NCBI RefSeq assembly: GCF_001194135.2
Contig: NC_068982.1
Span: 73,303,069-73,367,068 of the forward strand
Origin: Octopus bimaculoides
Lineage: Eukaryota
Direction: 5' to 3'
DNA length: 64,000 bases
Numbering within the stretch: position 1 is the first letter of the stretch; each line of letters begins with the position of its first letter. The translations under genes were made by a program, and so were the position numbers. Shown here in pieces: positions 26,889-38,339 of this stretch. The notes beneath the pieces are model-generated. The model worked only from the letters and a program-made list of their open reading frames with translations, did no database searches and was not told the DNA's origin.

Positions 26889-26968
26889 GCAAATTAATAG
26901 AGGTCACTAAAATGACAGAGGGTACTAATTTGTACCCCCTGTCACTTTAGTGACCTCTATTAATTTGC
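26889..26968. repeat. Hairpin with 37 bp arms (2 mismatches) and 6 nt loop
   Basis: GCAAATTAATAGAGGTCACTAAAATGACAGAGGGTAC pairs with GTACCCCCTGTCACTTTAGTGACCTCTATTAATTTGC. Confidence 0.9.
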
Positions 26969-27827
26969 TTATATATATATAACCTACTCGGTTACGATCA
27001 TGAGCTGGAAGTCATAACACCTAGGTTACGTGCCTTGGCGCTTAGATGTAATAACAAAGATGAAATGAGAAACAAAATAATAAGAGGTGTCGCTACAATA
27101 TGATTAATTCAATACTGTATGATCAGCCATCAGCTAGATGCCCTCCAAGTGCCCAGAGGTCGGCTTGCTAAGACTCTCAAGTTCCATTACCAGTTGCTTC
27201 TATTGGGATCCATTATTGGCATTTCTCTGGAATAATACATGATGAGGCCCCAATCTCTTTCACGAAGACTAATAGATGTCGATTTCTGTTTTGACCAGCT
27301 CTGACAATTTAGCATTTCACACACCACCGTCAAGCCTTCAAGTTCATTGGCCTGTCTGGTTATTCTGCACTCTCTGCTGTTCCAGGTTTCATGTACTTGA
27401 GGATAGACATTCTACCCTCAGGCATTGCCGTTGGGTTCTCTCGCGTAGTTTAGTTAACTGGTCATTCGAAACCAGTGTGTATTATCCTGTTGATAATAAT
27501 GCTGACTCGATTATACTATATGTTGTACTGTACGTGTATTAAGTCGTCATCAGTTTCGTATTTCATATTCCGCCCATATGTCTATCATGACGTCATCAGT
27601 TTACAGTCGTATATCGCTGGTGTGTCGAAACGACCTCAAAATCAGCAAAACTGGCATTCGCTTGACAATAATAAAAAGAACACATTCATGCACATGCGCA
27701 CGTACGCTCACAAACACATGTACACAGTCTCATATATACATACCCACACACATACGCACGCATACATACATGTATACATACATACATACATAGATTGGCG
27801 GATAGACAGACAGACAGATAGACCGAC

Positions 27828-27828
<1 letters not shown>

Positions 27829-27887
<59 letters not shown>
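27829..27887. repeat. (GATA)n microsatellite
   Basis: Direct reading. Confidence 0.95.
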
Positions 27888-27888
<1 letters not shown>

Positions 27889-28135
27889 TTCAATTATATG
27901 TTTACTGACAAAGATACTAAATTTACGATAATGCATTTCCCAATTACGATTATGAAATGATGTCTAATTTAGTGAGGTATATATAATTGTATATAATTAC
28001 ATAATTGTTATATAATTTACTACTGAATATAATATAATGCTGGATATAACATAGTGGTATATATAACTGAATGAGAATGAAGACGAAACAAAAACCAAAA
28101 ACACACTTGCAAGCGAAAGACTGCTAAACAACATA

Positions 28136-28351
28136 CGAGGGGGCACTGAAAAGTTCCTGGCTTTGGGTAAAAGAAAGTGCAGGAAGATCAGTTAATTATG
28201 ATTTTATTCAGCATATCCTCCTCACAGATTCACACACTTATTGCAACGGTCCTTCAATTTTTCTAAGCCCTGTATAAGAACTAGGAATGTTGGGCCTCCA
28301 ACCAGGCCTTCCGCACTACTCTTAAAGCAGGAACTTTTCATCACCCCCTCG
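28136..28351. mobile_element. Mariner-derived MITE
   Basis: TIRs CGAGGGGGCACTGAAAAGTTCCTG and CAGGAACTTTTCATCACCCCCTCG; TA on the left flank. Confidence 0.8.
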
Positions 28352-28435
28352 AACATATAAATGATATGATAAATTACCTTATAGAAGTAGTGAAAAGAGG
28401 GCAGTGTTGTTTGTGTATTATTTTATATAAAATCA

Positions 28436-28628
28436 GTGAGCTAGCAGAATCGTTAGCACGCCGGACAAAATGCTTTGCAGAATTTCATCCGTCTTCACGT
28501 TCTTCTAAGTTCAAATGACATCGGGGTCGATGAAATAAGTATCAGTTCAGCACTGGGGTCGATGTAATCAACTAGCTCCCTCTCTCAAAAATTCAGGCCC
28601 TGTACTCTATAATAGAAAGAATCATTTT
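28436..28628 (+). mobile_element. SINE family B, internally deleted
   Basis: Head GAGCTAGCAGAATCGTTAGCACGCCGGACAAAATG plus family core and tail. Confidence 0.8.
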
Positions 28629-28635
28629 ATAAATA

Positions 28636-28863
28636 TTGGGTTGTCCGGAAAGTTCGTGCCGATTTATAGTAGCTTACCTTTCGACTTATTTGCCATGAAA
28701 CCACTTCAATTCTGGGAAGAGGGTATTTTCAAGTTAAAGGAAAGATGGAGACGCATTGTGCAACAAAATGGTTCATATTTGGTTGATTAAGAATGTAATG
28801 GCAAATATTTATTGACCTTTCTCTTTCCTTTAAAAAGCAGCACTAACTTTCCGGACAACCCAA
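28636..28863 (+). mobile_element. Mariner deletion derivative (MITE)
   Basis: TIR TTGGGTTGTCCGGAAAGTT at both ends with TA flanks; retains the transposase C-terminus FWEEGIFKLKERWRRIVQQNGSY. Confidence 0.88.
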
Positions 28864-28869
28864 TATTTA

Positions 28870-29095
28870 AGGCGATAATCTGGTAGTATCGTTAGCACGT
28901 CGGACAAAATTTTTTGCAATATTTCTTCCGGTTCCTTTCCTTCTAAGTTCAAATCCAGTCGAGGTCATCTTTGCTTCACATCTTTTCGGGACCGTTAAAA
29001 TAAAGTATTATTCAAGTACTGGTTTCGATGTAATTGACTTGCTACTCCCCGTCAAAATTACTGACTTGTGCCAAAGATTAAAAAGATTTATTTTA
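28870..29095 (+). mobile_element. SINE family B, diverged
   Basis: Colinear with the family B copies at 28436 and 36026. Confidence 0.7.
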
Positions 29096-29211
29096 AAGAG
29101 GTAGCGAATTGGCCGAGTGATTAAGGCTATCCGAGTTCAAATTCTAGCCCCAAATCCCTCGAACATTTCTCTCTATCTCTCTCTATATATATATCTCTCT
29201 CTCTCTATCTA

Positions 29212-29270
<59 letters not shown>

Positions 29271-29707
29271 NNNNNNNNNNNNNNNNNNNNNNNNNNNNNN
29301 NNNNNNNNNNNNNNNNNNNNNNNNNNNNNNNNNNNNNNNNNNNNNNNNNNNNNNNNNNNNNNNNNNNNNNNNNNNNNNNNNNNNNNNNNNNNNNNNNNNN
29401 NNNNNNNNNNNNNNNNNNNNNNNNNNNNNNNNNNNNNNNNNNNNNNNNNNNNNNNNNNNNNNNNNNNNNNNNNNNNNNNNNNNNNNNNNNNNNNNNNNNN
29501 NNNNNNNNNNNNNNNNNNNNNNNNNNNNNNNNNNNNNNNNNNNNNNNNNNNNNNNNNNNNNNNNNNNNNNNNNNNNNNNNNNNNNNNNNNNNNNNNNNNN
29601 NNNNNNNNNNNNNNNNNNNNNNNNNNNNNNNNNNNNNNNNNNNNNNNNNNNNNNNNNNNNNNNNNNNNNNNNNNNNNNNNNNNNNNNNNNNNNNNNNNNT
29701 ATATACA

Positions 29708-29865
29708 CGACGGGCTTCTTTCAGTTTCCGTCTACCAAATCCACTCACAAGGCTTTGGTCAGCCCATGGCTATAGTAGAAGACACTTGCCCTAGTTGTTA
29801 CTTAGCGGGACTGAACCCGGAACCATGTGGTTGGAGACCAAGCTTCTTACCACATAGCCACGCCT
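29708..29865 (-). mobile_element. SINE family A 5' half
   Basis: Reverse match to 54979-55142; adjacent to an N gap. Confidence 0.85.
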
Positions 29866-30880
29866 GGGAAATGGAGGAACATTTCTTAAAAAGTGGTTTC
29901 AGTTATTTGCCTATCTGTTACTTGTATGTCTGGAGAAAAAGTATGCCAGCTGCCAAGGAGAAGTAGTATAGAACTAATGTGGCTCCAATAAGTCAAGTGG
30001 CTTGAAGTACCATAGGGTCCAGCTGGTGTGAGTGGGGAGGATGTTGCAAAGAACGTGGATGTGTGGTGGGTTGCAGTTATTGGAAAACCTAAGAGGTTAC
30101 AGTTTGGGTGTCAGGAGAGGTCAAGAATTCTAAGAAGTATGAATGCATTCTTCACGGTTCAGCTGAATCAAGTCTCAGCTCATTACAGAGTTAGAAGTTT
30201 CTAAAAATGTAGTGTTGTGAAACAGAAAAAAGGTTATAAAACATGTATTAAATTAGATTTGAATACATTTAAGTTTTTTGAGAACTAACCAAGAAAGAGA
30301 GAGAGAGGAAAAAAAAGAAGACGTGTATACGTCGCAGAGATATAATGCATATGTCAAAATTTAGCGAGTTTGAAACATAAAATAGTTTCGCCGAGTTGAA
30401 AAACAATACAGAGAAAGAAAATGAAAAAAAAAGTTTAAACAGAGAAAGAAAATAGTAATATTGAACGAGTTTAAATAGGGGAAATAACGTGTGAAAAGGG
30501 AATTATTGAAGTGAAACGATATCACAGTGTTTACGCACACAAAAGGAAATAAAAACTGTATTTTTTAGATATAAAAAAAATAGACTGACTTATAGAAGCA
30601 TTAGCAATGTAAGCAAACTAATATTTTGAAAAATAAAATTATAATATTGAAGTTGAGTTATAATATTATATTGAAATATATGTGTATATATGTATAAACA
30701 CAAGCAACTACAATAAAATAGATACAGATGAAAATATGAAATAGTTTCGCCACCTATTTCGTTTGATGTTTTAATTCAGCTAGAATGCGTTTCAATTGTA
30801 TATAGGAAATCAGTTTCAAGTGTAGATTCAGTTTAACTTATATAGCTACAATTTCGTATGTGTGTGGTAGGGTGGTATAA

Positions 30881-30929
<49 letters not shown>

Positions 30930-31066
30930 NNNNNNNNNNNNNNNNNNNNNNNNNNNNNNNNNNNNNNNNNNNNNNNNNNNNNNNNNNNNNNNNNNNNNNN
31001 NNNNNNNNNNNNNNNNNNNNNNNNNNNNNNNNNNNNNNNNNNNNNNNNNNNNNNNNNNNNNNNNNN

Positions 31067-31119
<53 letters not shown>

Positions 31120-32320
31120 CACACATTTATAAATCAATAGTCTATCAAATTACTCTCGGAGACAAGGTTAGAACCCTTAATGTTGTTCAATCGCATTCCA
31201 GGATCTCAGAACAGTTGCTGGATATGTCTGTGAAAAATACCGGGAAATTTGCCAGGGAAGAAACTTCTCAGAAGATGACACAGAATGGAACGGCCTCTTG
31301 GAATAGACTGCAATAACGAATTCTCCAGGCAAGAAGAGTATCTTTGCTATTATTAGCTTTGGTAGTTCATCATCCAATGCTTAGTCATAATCTCGAGGAC
31401 AGTATGACAGAAGACATGCTGTAGCAAGCAAACAAGAATAAAAAGAAAAACACAGTCCAAGTATACCTCTGCCACACAACCAAACACTGATGCTCATTAA
31501 AAATACTGTACAGTCCATGACTGGCGAGAATCTTTCACAGTGGGGACTGCTAGCTCCGGTACAAACTGAAGTTGCAATTCTCAATTAAGAGATTTTACGT
31601 GAATGTGTGTCTGTGCTTGTCTGTCTGTCTGTCATTCAAATTTTACACATGCCTTACTTCCGGTCCATGTAGTGTCATAGACCAAACAAATTTTTAACTT
31701 CTTGCTTAGTGTTATACAATTTCATGGACCAAAATTACTGAATGGATCCTTATGATATTTGGAATTTAGATTCAATGCATAAGGGCGGGTATAATGCAAT
31801 ATGTTTGGTTTGAATTTGAGATGGCTTAAAATTCATAAATTTTCGATGTTGATGAAATTTCAACCATGGGTAATTGGCATACATCAAGAATTATTCTCTC
31901 TAAGTTTCCACTTCTCATGAGGATTCTAAGATCTCCTAATGGGGGCCTTAACTCTCAAATTTTTGTCATTTTTTATTATCCAAAACTAGGTCAAAAGTAC
32001 TGAATGGATCTTTATGAAATTTGGAAATTATATTCTATGCATAAGGGCCATAACCCCCATGAAAATTCATATATTTTTGCTGTTGGTGAAATTTTAACCA
32101 TAGATATTAGACACAAATGAAGTAATATTTCTAAAATTTCATCTTCTTAGAAGTTAGAAAGACCCCTTCATGGGGACTTAACACCCACAATTTAGTCATT
32201 TTATCTAAGCAAAGACGAATACAGTTGTACTCTTGGAAGCTGTAGGGTCATCCGAGTATAAAGGATGAGCATTATTTGTAATTCAATGGTACAACAGTGT
32301 AAGAGTTTGCTTTGAGATAT

Positions 32321-32424
32321 ACTTAGATTGTGATTTCTGCAAAGTGGTGCATAAATTGTCAAGTAAANNNNNNNNNNACTTAGATTGTGATTTCTGCAAA
32401 GTGGTGCATAAATTGTCAAGTAAA
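32321..32424. other. Assembly artefact: 47 bp exact duplication across a 10-N gap
   Basis: 32321-32367 equals 32378-32424. Confidence 0.88.
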
Positions 32425-33268
32425 TGAGAGGCATCTTTGCCTCCACTGATTCAGTTGCAAAGTGTTGAGTAAAGTTATTTAGTTGCAGACCTTATTCGAG
32501 TCCTTTTATCACTGGGTCACATATAGTCCCCAGATGGTAACATTGATTTCAAGGCCTTCCCAGATGAGTGACTGGTTATTCAAAGACATTTATAGATTGT
32601 AAATTTATTCTGTCCAGTTACCTATCGGTATAGTGGTCATTTGCAAACTCCTGAGGTGACACTTCCATTTCTCCTTAGCCCTCACGTCACACAGTTATTA
32701 ATGTTTATTTGAGTTGGGTCATGCCCTTCCAATTGCTATAGATCCATAATGCATCTTACGGCTGTGCCTGTCATCTGTATGGTGAGGAACCCTACATTGG
32801 GGAGTGGTAACGACTAGGGTAGCTGACTGCTTATTGTGTCGTCTTTTGGTTTCCTGTAGCTTTGCTCTCTTTCACAAACCCAGTGAACATACATATATTT
32901 CCTATTTCAAAGAAATTCAAACAATAGATTTAAGACCCACGTTAAAAAGATTCTCAACAATTCAACTTCTCTGGTTGACATTAAGACATCCACCCCCAAT
33001 AGGGGCCTTAGCTTCCACATTTTAGAGTTCCGTGACCTCCATTTTTCAGGAGCAAAATCCTTTTAACAGGTTCCATAAGACTGGAATTTTGGAATCTGCG
33101 CACAAAGATCAGTAGTATTGGCTACATGTGTCATGATTAGAATTTTTTAGGGTGTGTAAAGAGGGAAAGAACCCTCATCTGCAATTTTGATGAAATTCGA
33201 TTCATAGGTATTCCAGTTGATTAGAGAAAATATAACAGAAAAGGCTAATTTTTCAATTGCATGTAACA

Positions 33269-33294
33269 CGGGCAACGCCGGGTATCTCTGCTAA
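33269..33294 (+). mobile_element. Helitron-type 3' terminus (GC hairpin, then CTAA|T)
   Basis: CGGGCAACGCCGGG...CTAA followed by T fits the Helitron hairpin plus CTRR end. Confidence 0.5.
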
Positions 33295-33354
33295 TATTTA
33301 ATAACTAGGGCAGCATATTTTCCAAAATGAATTACTCTTGGTTCTAGATAATAA

Positions 33355-34065
33355 TAAAAACTTGTACAAGGATCAAAAAATTGATGACATCTAACTCAAG
33401 TGAAACGGTTTTTTACTTGTTTCTGGTTGTATAGGTAAAACTTTTTTGGTCAACCTAATTTTGGTGAAAAGCTCATTCGTACAATAAGATTACTATTGCA
33501 ATGGCATTGCCTGGAATTCCAGCAAATTTGTTTTCAAGTGGTTGAACTACTCATTCTTCTTTTAAAATAACATTCAATCAAGTACAATGTCTTGAATACA
33601 ATATTGGCACAGAATCCAAAGAGGGTTCTGAAACAGGTCGATTTAAAAGTATAGGGTGTCCACACAATTACATAATGTCTAATAGACTTCCTGGTCACAC
33701 CTTACAATATATCTCAGAAGAAACACTAATATCGTGTGTTGAGACGATTTCAGGCAAGTTTGTGGGTTATTCGAACAAGTACATCTACTGATGAATTGAG
33801 GATATAACTGAGTGTTAAAAATTTCATCCTTCTACCATCGTAAGAGACGGATACACTTAATAGAAATGCCACAGCAACCCAGTTTTGCTTCAAATGAACC
33901 ATGTTCAGTTACCAGATAACATACAATGGAGATGCCACTGTGGAGCAATTATCAATACATTTCAAGAAATATGATTAGAAGTTTATCCTAGCCTTTCACA
34001 GAATTATAGAAGCTATGACTGGCTTTCTGAACACGCCATTCTAGCTCCCATAAGTGACATTCAAC
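33355..34065 (+). pseudogene. Helitron PIF1-like helicase relic
   Basis: GCIGKTFLVNLIL (Walker A), GIPANLFSSG*TTHSSFK (GIAATLL.GGRTAHS.FK), a DFRQ..PVI-like segment and VYPSLSQNYRSYDWLSEHAILAP. Confidence 0.75.
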
Positions 34066-34977
34066 ATTTATCAGACCAATTCCAATGGTACGAGATTATA
34101 CAGGGTGACATATTATTAGTCAACAGACATCCAAGAGCTCGGAGTGAGAGACTCCTGATCCTTATTTAGATATCCCTCAAGAAGAAAAGCTGGTGTATCA
34201 CCTGCAACTTCATCTACATCCAATGATGTAGACCAGTTCATCATTTTGGGGTAAAATCATACGTTGTTTTGAGAGGAAGATTAGTCCTGTGCAAGCCCTT
34301 TCCTCACTTTATATAGTATCAGGCAATGATTTTTAACATTTCTGTTATGTATAACATACTAGGAATGTCCGTAGCCGAAAAGGGCAAAACACTCAACGAA
34401 AAGTCCTGTGATAGAATGAAAGCATGTATCAGCGTGAGTGGAAACTCTGTGAACACCTGTTGCAAGAGGTGCCCATCGTTTCCACATCTATGCAAAAGTG
34501 TGTAATTGAACTGAAATGCCACATCCGTGTGGTTCATGATTAAGAGTAAAAAATCAAGCGATGGCATTGCCCAAAATCGAGATGCAGGCCATCATCTATG
34601 TACGTACGTATGTATGTATGTAGGTGCGCGTGTGTATGTGTATGTATGTGTATGTATGAGTGGAGACATGATGGTGGTTGGTTTATCAATCAACGACAAA
34701 ATGTAAACCTAATTTTACCAAATGGATGTGTTGGTACTTATCCATTCGTTCTACTTTGAACTTAAGAATATTTCTTTGATTTCTTTAAAAGCTTGGTTTA
34801 ATTTCACGCGTGATTGATTTCGGTCAGCAGAAACCAATAACTACTGGATTGAATTGAAATTTTTATTTTACTAGGAAATTTTCCACGCTTTTCAGTTTTG
34901 TTTGTGTGGTGCAAAAACAGCCATCTTCACTCTTCACACCATCCACATCTACGTCTCGACAACCTACACAACTTATC

Positions 34978-35330
34978 TTCTTCTTCTTCTTCTTCTTCTT
35001 CTTCTTCTTTTTCTTCCTTTTCTTCTTCTTCCTCTCCTCCTCCTCTTTCTTCGTTTTCTTCCTCTTCTTCCACCTTCTCTTTCTTTTGTCTTTTTCTTCC
35101 TCTCTCCTCCCCCTCCATTTTGTCTTCTTCTTCTCCTCCTCCTTCCCCTTCTCCTCCACTATTTCTACTACTTCTTCATGTTCTTACTCACCTCTTCTTT
35201 TTCTTCTTCATCTTCCTCCCCGTCTCATCCCCTTATTTTCTTCTTCCTTCTCTTTTTCCTCCTCTTCTTCCTTTACTTCCTCTTCCTTTCTTATTCTTTC
35301 TTTTCTCCTTTCCCTTCTTTATATTTTCTC
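34978..35330. repeat. (CTT)n seed decaying into a polypyrimidine low-complexity tract
   Basis: Direct reading; source of the spurious Phe/Ser/Leu and Lys/Glu ORFs. Confidence 0.9.
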
Positions 35331-35495
35331 AAAATCTAATCACTTCGTGCCAGTCACGAGGCCAAACATCCCTGAAAGTTTCATCCGAATCCATCCAGCA
35401 GTTCTGGAGATATCTTGTCCACGGACAACCAAACAAACAAACAAACACGACTGAAAACAATACTTCCGCCTTCGCTAAGTCGGGGGTAATTAAGA
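35330..35495 (+). mobile_element. Possible Helentron/DINE-like (HINE) 3' part
   Basis: (CAAA)n followed by a short terminal hairpin CTTCCGCCTTCGCTAAGTCGGGGG and an AT-rich end; family call is inference. Confidence 0.4.
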
Positions 35496-35542
35496 TAAAA
35501 TATGAAAAATAAAAGGACATCAAATAGAAAGAAAATAAATAA

Positions 35543-35672
35543 ATAAAATATAGGCTCAGGAGTGCCTGTGTGGTAAGAAGCTTGCTTCTCAACAACATGG
35601 TTCCGGGTTCAGTCCTATTGCATGGCACTTTGAGCAAGTGTCTTCTACTATAGTTTCAGGCCGACCAAAGCC
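35543..35672 (+). mobile_element. SINE family A 5' part
   Basis: A/B-box head and CORE-like TTGAGCAAGTGTCTTCT. Confidence 0.8.
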
Positions 35673-35690
35673 ATATGTATTGAATTTTGT

Positions 35691-35826
35691 GAATCTCTGA
35701 AGAGGCCTAGCGAATCATGCATGTACCCCCATTACATCATTTTCATCTGCTAATTACTACGGCGCACAGGAGCTATAGAGATAGAATGGGGCATGCCAAC
35801 ACTAGGCCAAAACAGCTGTAAGTTTC
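35691..35826 (+). ncRNA. Degenerate type I hammerhead ribozyme motif (Penelope/retrozyme-like), probably inactive
   Basis: Stem I GAATCT/AGTTTC; CTGAAGA core; stem II GGCCTAG/CTAGGCC with about 90 nt insert; AAAAC instead of GAAAC; palindromic stem III ACAGCTGT; GTA cleavage triplet. Confidence 0.6.
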
Positions 35827-36025
35827 TGTATATTCTCCAATTGCTAAATGAACTTTATATTTGTAACCTTAATTGTTAATATGACATGGTATGTCATAAG
35901 CATTTGTATATTGTGGTTTTTGTCATTTTAGTTGTAAAATAAACAAATTAATCAACGGAATACACTGTCTGTCACTTCTCTTTCGACTTAAATTTTAAAT
36001 TAATAGTAAACATCGCATTAATGCT

Positions 36026-36245
36026 GCGAGCTGGCAGAATCGGTAGCGCGCCGGACAAAATGCTTAGCAGCATTTCATCCATCTTTACGTTCTAAGTTCA
36101 AATTCCGCCGAGGTCGGCTTTACCTTTCATCCTTTTGGAGGCCGATAAAATAAGTACCAATCGAGCACTGAGGTAAATGTAATCCATTTACACCCTCCCC
36201 CGCCCCCTAGATTACTGGCCTTGTGCCAAAATTTGAAACCAACAT
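36026..36245 (+). mobile_element. SINE family B, near full length
   Basis: tRNA-like head, B-box GTTCAAATTCC and core GGTCGGCTTTACCTTTCATCCTTTTGGAGGCCGATAAAATAAGTACC. Confidence 0.88.
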
Positions 36246-36294
36246 TAAATATTGCAGTGAGAGGTCACAGCTGCAATACTACAGAAATGTGATT

Positions 36295-36515
36295 AGATCG
36301 CAAGACAGATTCTTCAAACTAAGCCAACTGACAGGAAACCAAGGAAAGACCAAGAAAGAGATGGTTGGATAATATTCATAGTCTCAATCGATCACGCTTG
36401 GGAATCCAGTAGGAAAATGTAATGACGGTTGCTTCGGGTAGGACCCTGTAGAAGAGGGTCCTGAGGAGTTTGCTGCCTATAGCCCTCGCAGAGATAGTGG
36501 TCGGAGAAAATGAAT
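36295..36515 (+). mobile_element. RTE-clade LINE 3' end fragment
   Basis: IARQILQTKPT...RPRKRWLDNI followed by a simple-repeat tail. Confidence 0.5.
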
Positions 36516-37001
36516 GCATGAATGGATGGATGGATTGACTGATTGATTGATTCATTCATTCATTCCTTCATTAAATAGATGACGTTGCTCTTTAAAACAT
36601 CCGGCAAATTTTTGCTACAGTTAAATTTTGAAGTTATTCACGTCTTTGATTTTCTTTCTTTTCAAATTGTTCCAATTCTGCAATTGTATCGAAGCAGGCA
36701 TATCCAGTTAACAGCCTTGTAACACGTGATTATTCTTCATCAGAAGGTTGCTCAGCTAGTTTGTTTATGTAAAATACAGCCTTGAGGTCAAGGAGACGAG
36801 AATGGTGGGTAACGCTTAGAAAATGTCTTGAAGGATGGAGAACAGAGAGGCAGAGAATTTGTGACTGGTCAGCTACGGGACCAGGGTAAAAAAGGATAGA
36901 AAAGGGGAACTGGCCACGAGCCACGTGACATCAGCAGGCAGAGGAGAAAGACAGAAAGAGAGAGCGACAGGGAAAAAAGAGATGAAGGGAAAGGAAAAAG
37001 G

Positions 37002-37256
37002 TGTTGGTCTGTTTATGTTCCCGTAACATAGCGGTCCGGCAAAGAGTGACCGATAGAATAAGTACCCAGCTTTAAAAAAATAAGTCCTGAGGCCAATTTG
37101 TTCTACTAAAACCCTTCAAGGTAGTGCCCCAGCATGGCTGCAGTCAAATGACAGAAACAAGTAAAAAATACATACATACATACATACATACATACATACA
37201 AACATACATACATACATACATACATACAAACATACATACATACATACATACATACA
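37002..37256 (+). mobile_element. SINE family A 3' half with (TACA)n tail
   Basis: Matches 55270-55428. Confidence 0.8.
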
Positions 37257-37722
37257 TGTAGGCTAATCTGTAGAGGATGTCTGTAAGCAACGACATTCAG
37301 TAAACAAAATCAAAGGGGCTACAGAGTAACACAATACTGCTATCATGCAATTAACAAATAAATCATCATTTTACATAAGTGACTACTAAGATGAATTAAG
37401 CCGACTTAATTACCTTTCAATGGTATATTTAATAGCCATAAAACAATACACCTTAGAATTTTTGTAGACATTCGGGGTTCCACATGTATAGTTTAAATAA
37501 TTCTTTCTGGTCCAGTGAAGTAGCCTGTGATTAGTAGGACTAATTAAACTGGCTTAATTATCGTTTTATAGCATATGTTATAATATATTTTACAAACAAT
37601 AAAGCACCATGCTTTAGAAATTTTGTCGGCATTCAGGGAGTCCAATATGTTCTCTATGTGGCCTGCTCTGTTTTGTACTGGAGGTCATTGTTTCGTACAG
37701 ATTCTGTAGTTTTACCAGTATA

Positions 37723-37750
37723 CTAGACTACCCGTGACCCGTTGGGTCAC
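37723..37750 (-). mobile_element. Helitron-type 3' terminus
   Basis: Minus strand reads GTGACCC-AAC-GGGTCAC hairpin, 7 nt, then CTAG|T. Confidence 0.65.
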
Positions 37751-38308
37751 CTGGAAAGTTTGAGTTTCCCATCAACGGAATTTTGTCTCGTGGGTTTTTT
37801 TTTTTCTTTTCCAGCTTATTTCGCATGCCTTCAACGAATGTGACATCGAAATCACGCGTAAATGGCTCTTTTCCCAGAAAAGGAAAGATTTGGCTGTTAT
37901 TTCTTGCACACACTGCTACCACATAACAGGTATTTCGGGTCTTTCGTCGCAAATAGCGGTTATGTGGTAGCAGGGTGTGCTAGAAATAGCAGCCAAATCT
38001 TTGGAGCTGAGATACGTTGAATGCACTCCAAAAAATTCTTGCAACGGTATTTCCTTGGGGCGATCTTTCGCTTTGACTCTTAGAACAGTCACTTTGACTC
38101 TCAGAACTGTCATCCGGATCAGCTGGTTTTGTTCGTTAATTTTCGTAAAAAATTTTTTATTTACTTTTGTTTTTAAAGTGAAAGAGAGGAGAATGTGAAA
38201 GATGTATGAACGTGTAAATGAAATGGACATGTGTGTGTGTGTCTATGTATATGTGTGTGAGAGGGAGAGAGAGTGCCACTTACACATACATGAGAACACA
38301 CCCAATCA

Positions 38309-38339
<31 letters not shown>

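Noticed and set aside
32321-32424. 47 bp tandem duplication
   Set aside because: Exact copy across a 10-N gap; an assembly overlap artefact.
34420-34540. Possible C2H2 zinc-finger remnant (LKCHIRVVH)
   Set aside because: Cys spacing does not fit and there are no neighbouring fingers.
36680-36750. Minus-strand CTGATGA...GATAC-AATT-GCA hammerhead-like trace
   Set aside because: Two core substitutions and no convincing stem I.
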